Shown here: positions 35,524 to 48,233 of the stretch, one piece after another
Position numbering within the stretch: the stretch's first letter is position 1
How the letters are laid out: every line of letters begins with the position of its first letter
NCBI GenBank assembly: GCA_032718475.1
Contig: JAUCBJ010006541.1
Location: 1 to 55,058, forward strand
From: Nemertoderma westbladi
Lineage: Eukaryota; Animalia; Xenacoelomorpha
Length of the DNA stretch: 55,058 nt
Reading direction: 5' to 3'
The notes under the pieces: model-generated
What the model was told of the DNA's origin: nothing
Database searches by the model: none
The model's input: only the letters and a program-made list of their open reading frames with translations
Translations under genes and position numbers: made by a program

Positions 35524-37459
35524 ATATTGTTGATAAATGAGATGGAACAAATTGTCGATAAATGAGATGGGACATATTGTTGATAAATCAGATGGGACAT
35601 ATTGTTGATAAATCAGATGGGACATATTGTTGATAAATCAGATGGGACATATTGTTGATAAATCAGATGGGACATATTGTTGATAAATCAGATGGAACAA
35701 ATTGTCGATAAAGGAGATGGGACATATTGTTAATAAATCAGATGGAACATATTGTCGCTAAATCAGATGGAACAAATTGTCGATAAATCAGTTGGAACAA
35801 ATTGTCGATAAATCAGATGGAACAAATTGTCGATAAATCAGATGGGACATATTGTTAATAAATCAGATGGAACATATTGTCGCTAAATCAGATGGAACAA
35901 ATTGTCGATAAATCAGATGGAACAAATTGTCGATAAATCAGATGGGACATATTGTTGATAAATCAGATGGGACATATTGTTGATAAATCAGATGGGACAT
36001 ATTGTTGATAAATCAGATGGAACAAATTGTCGATAAATCAGATGGAACAAATTGTCGATAAATCAGATGGGACATATTGTTGATAAATCAGATGGAACAA
36101 ATTGTCGATAAATCAGATGGAACAAATTGTCGATAAATCAGATGGGACATATTGTTGATAAATCAGATGGGACATATTGTTGATAAATCAGATGGGACAT
36201 ATTGTTGATAAATCAGATGGAACAAATTGTCGATAAATCAGATGGAACAAATTGTCGATAAATCAGATGGGACATATTGTTGATAAATCAGATGGAACAA
36301 ATTGTCGATAAATTAGATGGAACAAATTGTCGATAAATCAGATGGGACATATTGTTGATAAATCAGATGGAACAAATTGTCGATAAATGAGATGCGACAT
36401 ATTGTCGATAAATCAGATGGAACAAATTGTCAATAAATCAGATGGAACAAATTGTCGATAAATCAGATGGGACATATTGTTGATAAATCAGATGGGACAT
36501 ATTGTTGATAAATCAGATGGGACATATTGTTGATAAATCAGATGGAACAAATTGTCGATAAATCAGATGGAACAAATTGTCGATAAATCAGAAGGGACAT
36601 ATTGTTGATAAATCAGATGGAACAAATTGTCGATAAATTAGATGGAACAAATTGTCGATAAATCAGATGGGACATATTGTTGATAAATCAGATGGAACAA
36701 ATTGTCGATAAATTAGATGGGACATATTGTCGATAAACCGCGAGTTATTAATAAATCAAAAACTCATTTTACGAGTTTATTTGGTTACGTGACAGCCGGT
36801 AGGAAGAATTGCATTGTTTCTTATAATTTAAATTACCCTTGACGTCAAAATTCCTTACGGATTCTTTGGAGGAGTAATTCAATCTTTAAACTTTGCCAAA
36901 ACTCCACTAGCAAACCAATAGACAGCGAACACTCGGCATATAACCTGGTTCTATTGGACCAGCCCAGCAGAACGGTAACTTTTATTTGGACACGCCAAAT
37001 CCTAAAACCGGAACGAAATCATTGAATGAAGCGACACAACATTTTTGGCTTCGCTGACGACATATTTAATTACCGAAACCTGCAGCCAATATATTCTGTG
37101 ATTTAGTGATATATAATTGGTCTTTACATTATATATAGACGTACAATAAACATATAAAATCAACTAAACTACATGGCAATAGATTGAAAACTAATGTGGA
37201 GTTTTCCAGACTCAACACTTCTCATTTCGCTTACAGATAATTCCCATACTTTTACTTTGTTATTATTTATTTCCTGTTTATTTTAAGCCCTTTTAGTTTA
37301 TAACTGTATGTAGTAGTTAGTTACCAACCGAATACCTATCTAGATGTTCTGTTTTAACCTTATAGTCAGTCGTGTCATAACGTTTATAAAATTTTATTTT
37401 ACGGATCATGTTTATTCATGGAAATTCTGCGTAAATTTGGATAACACAAGCCAAACCAC

Positions 37460-37835
37460 TAATAGGCTCTCGGGTCAAATACCACACCCTGGTTTGCCAT
37501 TCCACAGGGTGGGTGTCGCAGTGGAGTCAGATATGAGGCCCATCACCCTTATCTACTCTGGCGCACATGACCCACGATTGGCTGTGCAGCTCATCTGCTG
37601 TGTCATGCCCTGTACCCCTGCTGCCAGGTGCAAGTCGCAGTGAAGTGCATTCAGAGTGGACTCAGAGTGGACTCTACTCCTGACCATTGGTAGATCACCA
37701 TCTTCCTGGCCAGGCCATATAACCCTGCAGCCAAGTATATGGGTCCTTAATCCAGGACCAAGGGCGTCCTTATCCCAGAACGAAGGGGGTCCTAGTTACG
37801 GGACCACGGGACAATAGGGAAGAAGTAAGCAGTAA
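37460..37835 (+). other. Unclassified GC-rich segment, possibly a non-autonomous retroposon
   Basis: Abrupt GC-rich island with no credible ORF. It has an internal 12-bp duplication TCAGAGTGGACT and ends in GAAGAAGTAAGCAGTA, which resembles the RTE simple-repeat tails. Confidence 0.3.
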
Positions 37836-39130
37836 ATTGGTGATATTCTAGAATAATTAATTTGTTTCACAATAAGCTGTGATTCAAATATAAATGAGTA
37901 ATATTTACACTGGCGTGTTACACATTAATTGTTTTATCTCGGTAACTAGAAGTCGCATCAAATTTTTAAATATATCAAAAAATTACCGATATATTAAGGA
38001 ATCTAATGCAAAAAAAAATTATACCATTCCTCTGCACTACTGCAGGGAAATGTAATAATTTCCACTAATGTTAGTGAGGATTTTCACATAATAAAATTTG
38101 GATTGCGCTGTATTGAATTTAGGTGTAATAAATTTATTTGTGTTAGTTTAAAAATCACAATAGTTTATCATATGGCTGGGTATTATTTTGAGAATAAGGG
38201 TTATTGGGGTCGACATCTGTTGGGCTGGGTTACATACCCCTGTTTTGTAGAGAAGCAGTGTTAATAAGCTTCCCATTTTGAACCAATCAAAATGGTACAC
38301 CCCTTGTAAAAATGAAGATATTATTAGACAAATTTCCGTTGCTCCGGAAACTAAATTGGTAACTATGTAGTAGTGCATAGTTCAGTCAATCTATAGTCGT
38401 TGGTTTGTTTACTCTTAAGTTTGGAGAAAACCCTACCAATAGACCCCTTGTTGCTATGTAAAATCCGTGTTACTAAGGAAAGAAATAGGAAATTTAATGT
38501 GATCCGGATAATATATTGTTATCGACTTTTTTGGGGCATTAACAAGGTAATATAGAATATGAAAAATTTGTTTGGATAAATTACGAATTTGTGATGGGTT
38601 GACCCCCTTTTTTAGCTATATTGACTTGCCTATTATACTTTGGTTTTATTTTTTAAATATCCTGTTTGTAAATATCATGTTGTTTATTGTTATTTACTTT
38701 TCTCAAAATGTACACCTTAGTGTTATGATGATATCTTCGGCAATTTAAAAACCCTTCGATCCTGAAGTCAAAATATTTGCACCACCCGGAGTCCTGAAAA
38801 AAATTCATCGATCGAAAGCATTTTTTTCTTATTCTGTGCGCAGTTATTTGAGTGGTAGTAATATAGAATTGTATTAAAAAAAACAATAATGAAAAACATT
38901 TTATGTCAATAATAGTAGAAATTATAATTCGTTCGGTTGAAATTATAACTATTATATCTGTTGACAGAAATGATAATTCGGTTCAGTATCTGTAAACAAA
39001 TTTCAGCAAAGCGCAAATTAGTAAATTTTAGCACATAATGCATACAATAAAAGTCATGTAAGACAATAGTACAATACTAATCTATAGATGTTGTTATGTA
39101 ATACCAGTACATATAAAAAATATATGTAAT

Positions 39131-40640
39131 TTATTTGTGGTAAATTGAAAAACATTCCCCAGCACATAGGCCTGGTTTATCACTACAAGTGGTACATTCG
39201 AAACGAACTTGTTTGCGGACTCCACTTTTGTAACAAACCCTAACTGTACAACGTTTCTACGGTCTAGAGTTTGATCCTTGAGACTCGATCTTGCCGATAT
39301 TGTGAAGGATGGTCGCAGTTGATGATACAGCAGGTGTGTTTAGTGAGTTGCAAGATTTTCGTTTCCGTTTTATATTATAAGCAGGAGTTCCTGTGAGCTC
39401 ACCAATAGCTGGTAGTAGAAGTTGGTTGAACAGAAGTTTCTTGGGTTTCTTTTCTGCCTTATATCTAACGTAGGCGTTCAATAGGAGCCTCTGCATGAAA
39501 TGTATCCCTGCTTTCTTATACCACGCGTGAGTTCGACGGGTTGCATCACATGATGCAATGTATTGGTCCGTTACATCTACACCACCCATAAAGTTGTTAT
39601 ATCTATCTATAGCGATCGGTATCTGGTATTCTATTACATGGTTACCAGGTAATGTTCGAGACTTGGTTATTTCTCCAGCTTCATCAATCGATGATGTAAA
39701 CATTATGTTTATCAGAAAATTTTATCATCAAAACACAACCTTCACCATTGTCATTTCGCATGTATGATGAAGAAATGGGCGACATGTGACATTGTTGCAG
39801 TGGTTCAGGGACTCCTCTTCTGGGTTTGATTGTTCCACGTAAACCTGTATTCCTTGAGTCCAGATCAAGGCGTACTATATACACGTATATATTCTGTATA
39901 TAGTACGCCTTGGTCCAGATAAAAAGCCAGTCTGATACCAACAGCACATACCAATTGCCTACGTTTATATAATACCCTTTGTCAAGCAAGTTAGTTATGC
40001 TTAGTAGGTTTACGACAACACCCTCCGATTTAGACAGATGATCGGAATCCGGTTCAGTTGAATCGAGAGTAGAATTTGCCCCATAGTATACTATTGCTGC
40101 AATGACATATCCATCCAAGCGAAACACACAATATAAAAAATTTTATTCCGAATTGTGCCTGTTTTGTTTTTATAAACTGTTTGAAATAAAGTCTGCCTTT
40201 ATAATGCATAAGTGATTCATCAAGCGAAAGTTCCTGTTCTGGTATGTAAAGATCGAATATCTCATGGACTTTTACCATAAAGTCACTCAGACGAGTTTGT
40301 TTGTTAGAACAATCTACCTTATTCGGACCATAGAAACGTAAATACCACAAAATATTATTAGAACGATCTTGAGACATTATAGAAGCGAAATAAGGTGTAA
40401 ATAACATTGAATTGGTAGACCAATACGAGTTTAGCCTCGGTTTTATTATGATTCCCATTAGAAAAGTTAAACCGAAGAACGACTTCATTTCAGAAACTGA
40501 GATATTTTTCATCTTAACTTGCATTCCTACAGATTCAAGTCTCTCCCTATGGATTATTATTTGTTTATTTGAACATAAACAAAGCAGTTCGAACAGGTCT
40601 TCGGACAGAAACAGATTTACGTAGTCCAGTGATGAAAAGG
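39131..40640 (-). pseudogene. piggyBac transposase (PGBD4-like), frameshifted and decayed
   Basis: Fragments LSLDESLMHYKGRLYFKQFIK..FGIKFFILC, NVGNWY (catalytic D replaced by G), GTIK, YNNFMGGVDVTDQ and WYKK. The C-terminal Cys-rich domain ends LCAGECFSIYHK* at 39131. Confidence 0.92.
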
Positions 40641-40725
40641 TAGCTGTTCCGGTACCGGCAAAACGGTACAGCTACACTGACTGACATACTGAAGACTGAA
40701 TTATGATTAAAGTATGCCCATTTAA

Positions 40726-41131
40726 GGACTGACACATAAGGAATGCGCATGCGGATGCATCATCGACCTATCATAATTGCTATTCATCCCCTTCTATTTC
40801 CTTAGAAATTGGAGCCCTCCTATTGGCTTGTTTAGTCTTACTCTCAAGATTTGTGGTTTTCAAGCAATGTTAGACTATCTTAAGGTTTACTCTAAGGCAG
40901 CCCCACATTCTGTCTGAATAACAAACAATATTTTAAAGCATTACTAAACAGGCCAATAGAAGGGTCTAAATTACTATTCAAACTCTAACATCGCTTGAAA
41001 ACCACACCTTAAGAGTAAGACTAAACAAGCCAATAGGATGGCTCCAATTTCTAAGGAAATAGAAGGGGATGATTAGCAATTTTGATTGGTCGATGATGCA
41101 TCTGCATGCGGATTCCTTATGTGTTCAGTCA
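40726..41131. mobile_element. Foldback MITE with TTAA TSD and GG terminus (Kolobok-like), nested in the piggyBac 5' region
   Basis: TTAA|GGACTGACACATAAGGAAT... and ...ATTCCTTATGTGTTCAGTCA|TTAA. The arms are about 150 bp (40726-40873 and 40985-41131). Confidence 0.75.
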
Positions 41132-41187
41132 TTAAGGGTCCTAAAGCATTACAATAGCCCAGCAAGCGTCCTGAATATAACTGCATC

Positions 41188-41246
41188 CCTTCCAAAGAAA
41201 ATTATTTCATGACTTACCATGTAAGTCATACGATGGAAGGGGTTAA
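41188..41246 (-). mobile_element. piggyBac 5' terminus (TIR plus sub-terminal palindrome); the opposite terminus was not identified
   Basis: The minus strand reads TTAA|CCCCTTCCATCGTATGACTTACATGGTAAGTCATG, upstream of the transposase remnant. Confidence 0.7.
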
Positions 41247-42250
41247 AACGGTTTTCAGATTCGGAATCTGCAGATGAAGGCGGTTTTAATGATATCTGGA
41301 TTACATTCAAAAGACGAAAAATAAAGCCCTTAGAGATGGTTAAATATTGCTTAGAAAGGCGTTTTTAACGGCTTGTGTATCGAAATAGATCAGAATGGAA
41401 AAATCCGGCTTTGCCAGCAGTAAGGAAAGTTGTCGAACTATCATCATACCAAATTTCGTAGCATGATTAAAATTTCAAAAATATTAGGGGGGCGTTTCCG
41501 ACCTGATAAAAATGGTTTTTGTAGTAAGGGAGATGGTGTAGGCCTACTTTTGGATAAAAAAAAGATAATACAATTTATCAAGACTATTTTTGGATGCGGG
41601 GCGTAGGTGTTTACTGTTGTACTCATAACAACTGTTTATGGGTTTGGAGCCTTATAATTGAAATACGTTGGAAAGGGAAAACAAACAGTTAGAATTAAAC
41701 CCTGAAATCTCTTAATAGAGGATGTGAGTAGTGGCGCTACATATTTAGCATAACAAATATGTTGAAAATATATTGGCTATCAAGAAGATATGTATTCACT
41801 GTTCTATTAGTATCTTTTATAATGGCGACGATAAATTTCGCGGTTTATTACAGTTTTAGTGATATTTACAAATCAAAAGGTTGGTTTTATTTATACTATG
41901 GAGACAAACGCTTAACGAAATGGAATTAAAGATTGAATTGATTTCTCTTTCAGTGACGCTATTGTATATACTGTATAAGTGATTATAATTAATTTTAAAT
42001 GACTTTTATATCTAAATTATAACTAAAATTTATACTTTAATTTAAAAGTATTTTATGGATATTGAGTTATACCCTTTCCTACTTTGTATTCGAGTGCTAC
42101 TAATTTATTGTTATAAATAAATCCTTTCAGTATTAGTTGCGAATACAATGACATTCAGATGCATTAGAATATATATACTACTCATCATACTAATCAATAA
42201 TATATTTGAAGATGATCTCTTAAATCTTATTCTATTTAATTTAATTTTAG

Positions 42251-42333
42251 TGCTTCAATCAGATTTCGACACAAAGATTGACTTTCTCAGAAGAAGTCGT
42301 GATGGAGAACTTTTCAACTTAAATATGTCCGAG
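42251..42333 (+). CDS. Candidate upstream exon of the CPED1-like gene
   Basis: TTTTAG|TG CTT CAA...TCC GAG|GTTTGA. The frame is open (LQSDFDTKIDFLRRSRDGELFNLNMSE) and the phase-0 end is compatible with the exon at 45355. I recognise no motif. Confidence 0.3.
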
Positions 42334-42629
42334 GTTTGATAAATTAGTTAATACATTGGTAGCGCTGAATGGTGTAACGGTGCTCCTAGATATTATAATG
42401 ACAAATATTACAATATAGTATACAATACTGCATACAATACTGCATATAATACTGTAATATAGGAGGAGACGTGAGACGGTGAGGAAACGTGACGAAAATC
42501 AAACAATATTTCGTAACAATGTAAATTATCAATTAAAGGAAAGGAGCAGGTTATAGTGGAACGTTATTGTAACCAAATAATATACAAAAATGAATAGCAA
42601 AGGTTGAGGTTAAATTTTTGTTAGTCTGT

Positions 42630-43215
42630 TATTATTATTTATTATTATTATTATTATTATATTATTATTTTCCACTGATAGCGATGAATTTTTATTGGGA
42701 AAAGAAGAAGTTGAAGAAAGTTTATATCCGTGTCTGACACTAAGGGGCCGTCCAAGTATGTCAGATCTGTTCTATGCGTCCGATTGTTACTGTTACAAAG
42801 AAGTATCCAATATTTTCATTAATGGGGATGCGAATGTATTAACCCTTAGCGAGTTAATCACAATGTGTCACCCTGGTGGCAGTGACTATGACAGGGTATG
42901 AATGTCTTGTCTATTATCTTAAAGCCAAATAAATTATTGAATCTGTTGAAATTGTGTACCACGAGCAGTTCAATACTGTAATTTAGGGCATTGCTATTAA
43001 CATTTCTTAGAATGTCTTGAAACAGACTGTCTAGGAAGTGCGGCGAGGTCTAGTTGTTGACTTGGGAGATTCTATAGCAGATAATTTAAATTGAAAACCG
43101 CCAAAGAGTTGAGTTGAGCCGAAGCGGTTAAGCTGAATTTCTAGTTGTGAATCCACCTGGAATCCAGCTTCACTACCTCTCGGGTTGGATCCCACTGGAT
43201 AAAGTCTACTCATTG
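42630..43215 (-). mobile_element. Decayed 3' part of a Rex1/Babar- or L2/CR1-like LINE with (TAA)n tail
   Basis: The minus-strand remnants HFL, WYTISTD and HTLS*SLPPG (HP.H.LF.LLPSG-like) occur in the expected order and end at the (TTA)n tract 42628-42670. Confidence 0.45.
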
Positions 43216-44446
43216 ATATATTACATTCATCACATGATCCTCATTGTATCAACAATGATAAACACTCAGCCATCAGAGATATAACTTCTCAAAATCTAAA
43301 AGAAATCCAATCGACACTGCTTATCTTAGTCTATCTTAGCTTATCTACAATGTGTATGTAAAGATTGGAAGACCAGCAAACATCTACCACAACTGCTGTT
43401 TGAACTTGGTTTACATTGCACTTTATTCTCTTTACACCTTACTAGTTCAACAAAAATAAGATACCATTAACCAAGGAACACAGCTCCATATATCTCAGCC
43501 AAGATATTCCGCGTGTATAAAAATCAATCGATGTCAGAATATAAGAGAAATATTAAAGACTCGTGTGTTGCATCAAACATGGAAACAGAGAGAGGGAGAG
43601 CACGCTATAGGAGAAGATGTTAATGCAAGTTCATATGTCCTTCATTCTACTCCAAATTTGTCAGTGCCAAGATATTTGGAAAAGGCATGTTTTTTTGTCA
43701 GGTCAATATGCCACAAGTTACTTTGTTCAATTAATCAACAATAATTTCAGTAGTACCTACTGTATATAGATCTTAATGCACACATGACGGATATAATACT
43801 GACTCTGTGTAGCTCAAGAATATCAATAATAAACAAAATAATGTAATAGTTAACATAGTTATGATTTAATCTTGAAGTCCTTACCTCGTTGTATCATTAG
43901 ATGTTGCTGCCGTAAGATCAGGGTTAGGGCCATCCATTATATCAGACTAATCGTCAGTAATCTCACGTAGGGAACTGCACCTGAGACCAATTGTTACATC
44001 CCATTCACTCAACCGGCTTATCGCAATTATTTCTCGCTCCATCGAGTTGGTTTGACTTGATAAATCGGTCCCAGTAACAAGGAACATTTGCCCAGCTCGG
44101 ATAATGAATTGATAGCTCGCCATCCACAATTCAGTTAATTCAAAAAATGTGTGACATAAAAGTTGCATAGCATTTGAGAATGGCACTTATTGGTGGTCGC
44201 CTTTGAAGGCTGTGTGTGTCACACGCTCTGCACATTTTAATTAACCCCAAGGCAGTTGTGTGTCGTTTTGGTACGTGGTACAAATAACTTTTTGTAAATA
44301 ATAAATTAAGAAAATGAATGGTTTAGCTTCCAATAATATAATACTAAGATTCGTATTACATTATAAAAACATGGACAGAAATGAAGAGCAACTGATAATG
44401 AGAAACATTTTAAAAGTTGCTAAAAGTATTGTAGTGATTTATAATA

Positions 44447-45163
44447 GGATAGTTCTTTTTACAGAACACAGCAGAACACAGTAGAACACAGCAGAACACA
44501 ATAGAATAAAGGCGGAACATAGGCGAACACAGCTGTAATTAAAATCTACAGCAAAAAATAACACACTTGGGAAAGTACCGGACTTAATCATACAACTGTA
44601 AGATGTCAATTACATATTTAAATTAAATGGCGGTTTCCCATATCCTCCAAAATAAATTACCTGATCAGAGTTGCCCGATCAGCTGTTCGGGTAGGCCTGT
44701 ACCTGTTACTAGTCCAGCAGTCTGCCTGTCAGCCTGTTCCAATACTGCAGTAGGCCTAGTGCTGTAGAGACATGTACAGATTGACAGACTGTACATTGTA
44801 CAGGCAGACAGATAGATGTAGGCATTTACCGGCAATTACCGGGCACAGTGTAGATTATATTACCAATGTACTGATATAGGCCTACTCAGCTACCGGTACT
44901 GTACTGCTGTAGAACTAACCAACTCTCCATGGTTACAGGATAGTGAGAAGTAATTTATTTTGGACGATATGGAAAACTGCCATTTAATTTAAATATGTAA
45001 TTGACATCTTACAGTTGTATGATTAAATCCGGTACTTTCCCAAGTGTGTTATTTTTTGGTGTAGATTTTAATTACAGCTGTGTTCGCCTATGTTCCGCCT
45101 GTATTCTATTGTGTTCTGCTGTGTTCTACTGTGTTCTGCTGTGTTCTGTAAAAAGATATATCC
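44447..45163. mobile_element. Foldback element with about 210-bp inverted arms (Mutator/FB-like)
   Basis: 44447-44660 and 44950-45163 are reverse complements, including the (CAGAACACAG) sub-repeats. The termini are GG...CC. The flanks share only ATAATA, a degenerate possible 9-bp TSD. Confidence 0.75.
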
Positions 45164-45354
45164 CACATAATATATGTATAATTAATGTTAATAAATAAAA
45201 ATGAGATACAATGGGGCTAATAACTTAATTCATTCCGTCCAGCTCTCATAATAATGGTTTAAGGTTTTATATCAGCTTCACTACCTACAAGTTACTAGTA
45301 CCTTGATTAATTGATATCTGACCTTAACGTGCAATATTTTTGTTTCTCGTACAG

Positions 45355-46113
45355 GTATCACTTCAAGCATCAAGTAATACGGATTCAATCAGAAAGCCAT
45401 TACTTTACGCCAACGGGGCATCTGTTCCGATACAATACAGATACACAAACGACCCGGAACCAACTCCTTGTTCCTCGAGACAATCATTAACCGCCTTAAC
45501 TTCATTGACCATAATAGGTTGCGGCGACTTAATTCCAAGTTACAATAAATTACGTCAGATATACCATTGCAACGTGCCTCACGAAACGACCACAGTAAAC
45601 GTAACAGCTGGTGCCATGCGAGATTGCGGTTGCGACTTACGCATACATGACGATAACGGCTATGCCGTAGGGCCTAATATAAGCCTCGGACTTGGGCTCA
45701 ACAAAGTTATAATAACAGTTACCTGTAGAAATAGGAGACCTTCTAAGTTACCCTATATCTATCCACACGAGTACGTGTTACGGTTCATTCGTCAGTTGCC
45801 ACAAACTCCAGATGTGCTCGATGATTTGTTTGCTTGCAGAATATATCCGGACTGCATCACATTGTTTGCTGGTAGTAGGAACTGCACTTTGGGTCCTCAG
45901 GTATTTTGGGAGGAATATTTATCTCAATATATGAGTCTACCTGATTGCCACCCAACTCGTAAAGTAGGGCATGGTGGTGTCTGGGTTGTTCCGTGCAATA
46001 CTTGTCACGGGAAGTCGAAATGCTTTTGGAGTCGCAGTATTTATACAAGGGAAGACTGCAAATATACGAATTTCAATAGATTTGAATTAAAGGAATGTTT
46101 AAAGGATAAACAG
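45355..46113 (+). CDS. CPED1: CPED1-like exon (cadherin-like beta-sandwich and Cys-rich region)
   Basis: TACAG|GTA...AAA CAG|GTAAGA gives 253 open codons. Motifs are LIPSYN..IYHCNVP, LGLGLNKVIITV, GVWVVPCNTC and LKECLKDK. Confidence 0.88.
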
Positions 46114-46531
46114 GTAAGAGGTTGGATGAATATACGGTTATAAAATAAAATGATTAAATTCCATTCAATAATAATTGTCAAGAGTTGTATAACTACACTG
46201 GATAGTGTATAAAAAAGTACTATAAACTTCAGACCTCTAAACAAGTAATTGTATAATACAAGGAAATTAACCTAAAGTCTGAAAGTTATTTAACGACGCA
46301 TTTATCAATAATTAATTGCTAATATCAATCAATCAAATCTGATCATATTTGACCGGTAAAATTTCCATACACCCCCACCACCCCCCACCCCCCCCCCCCC
46401 CCCCCCCCCCACACCCCATAGATTTTCTCTAAATTGGCCCCTGCCGGTATGTAGTTTTACTTTACAGTAGAAACCTGTTAAATAAACGTTAAGATGTGCA
46501 ACATAAAGCATTCAAATGTAATTTATTTCAG

Positions 46532-46746
46532 TTGTTATTCGTCGGAGATTCAACAAACAGAGGAGTAATGTATTACATTCTAGAACAAATAAACGGCTCC
46601 CTCAACCAATGGGATAAATCCCACGGCATAACTACATTCACTAACGTCAATTTCAGACAAACCAATTTCAGTTTCAGTTACTATCCTGAATTCTGGCGTT
46701 CCGACAAACCTCTTATAGACGACGCTGTGAAGGCGCTAGTAGAAAG
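46532..46746 (+). CDS. CPED1: CPED1-like exon (PC-esterase GDS motif)
   Basis: TTTCAG|LLFVGDSTNRGVMYYILEQINGSLNQWDKSHG...FSYYPEFW...GAA AG|GTAGAA. This matches the CPED1 LFIGDSTNRGIMYY and SYYPQFW motifs. Confidence 0.92.
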
Positions 46747-47288
46747 GTAGAAAAATTAACAAAATGTTTAATTACAGTGTAAAATCGCACACCGGTGTCT
46801 GTATAACTCCGTAGATAAAACGTACTGTAATGTATGTTATGTAGATGATTATAAGACGATTAAAATTATTTGTCTGATGGGAAAGCTTAATGGAACTGAG
46901 GAATATATGAGCCCCGCATTGCCAATGTCCTCATACCAATTACCTAAAAATCCAACAGGAATGTAGTCAGTCAGTTTCGCATAGAGACATTGAAAAGCAA
47001 TGCAGGGAGAAAGATTGAATAATAAACATAATAATAATAATAATAATAATAAACATTATTGTTGACCTTGTCATTGGTCTTGTGCAATAATGGGTATACG
47101 GTATACACGAGTAGCATTTATGGGAAGTTTAAGTACCCATTAATTTGGTGCAGCATAAAATATTTAAATACGTAATATCAACTACCTTACCTCACTTATG
47201 TTTTCTCCTTGTTTATAATATTTTTTTTATTAAATTAAAAAACGCATGGAAAATATAAATAAATATATTATAATTATTACAATTCTAG

Positions 47289-47715
47289 GAATCCTCATCT
47301 ATCGAACAATAACCAGACAGTTCTGATAATCGGTGGTGTTCAGTGGTTGTCATCGAAACATCTCGTCAATGTTTCCAGAACTCTCAGCAAATACAATCTG
47401 GACAGAATTAAAACAATCATAAAAACTTTTGGAAGCGGTTTCCACAACGGAGGTTATGGAACATTCACCAAAGAGTCCCATAGATTGAAGTCCCACAACA
47501 ATAAACTCTCGGAAACCGCACTGAGTCTGGGATTCGAGGTACTCAACACTTTGGATATAACAACGGGTCGTTGGAGGGAATTCTACCGTGGGGTTTGTGT
47601 TTGCCACTTTCACAGGGCGGTACCCGACAACCACAAACACACGTTCCACATTCACGGACAGATCAACGCAGTGTATTCCCAACTTCTTACTCAATTGATA
47701 TGCAAAAGCCGTTAA
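47289..47715 (+). CDS. CPED1: CPED1-like terminal exon
   Basis: TTCTAG|G AAT CCT... reads QTVLIIGGVQWL, IIKTFGSGFH, GVCVCHFH, GQINAVYSQLL and ends in TAA. The phase matches the previous exon. Confidence 0.92.
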
Positions 47716-48233
47716 CAAATGAAAAAGTATATTATTCCACTTATAAACAATCCTACCAATTTATTATTAATGCAATAAATTGTAAACTTTACATTGTATG
47801 CACGTCATTGGATGTGAAAAAAATCAATTATTGAGATTGAAGAAATTAATTTGCTCTTCTTATACAGTATTATTTATTAATAATGCATCATTCATGAGTT
47901 TAGGATGATTGTAGATGTAGATGTGTCAACTACACCATATCATGTAAGTATCGTAATTCAGTGACTTGGAGCAATTGCCCCCCCCCCCCCCCCCCCCACC
48001 ATTTTCCTACAAATCTTAATGACTTAGCGCATAAAACACCCTCCACCTTACTGGGTGGGGGTCAGAATTTTTATTTTTGCTTTCAATCTCTTTGCTTTCT
48101 ACAAATATTTGAAAAAAGTGTGTCCGTCGATATTGCACCAATTACACTGCAGGTATTATGTATTAAACAATATAGCGGTTTCTAGGCCTACGATCCCTGT
48201 GATGGCACCGCGGATAGGCTGAGGGCCTTCACT

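Larger units (their letters stand above)
32519..36737. repeat. 25-bp satellite array (AAATCAGATGGAACAAATTGTCGAT and variants), about 150 monomers
   Basis: Directly visible. The monomer variants GGAACAAATT / GGGACATATT / GCGACATATT recur in ordered blocks. Confidence 0.97.

Noticed and set aside
32519-36737. 25-bp repeats interrupted by unique sequence, as a possible CRISPR array
   Set aside because: The monomers are contiguous, and the two interruptions are the same SINE.
39257-40524. Domesticated PGBD host gene
   Set aside because: It has multiple frameshifts, a mutated catalytic Asp and a retained TIR.
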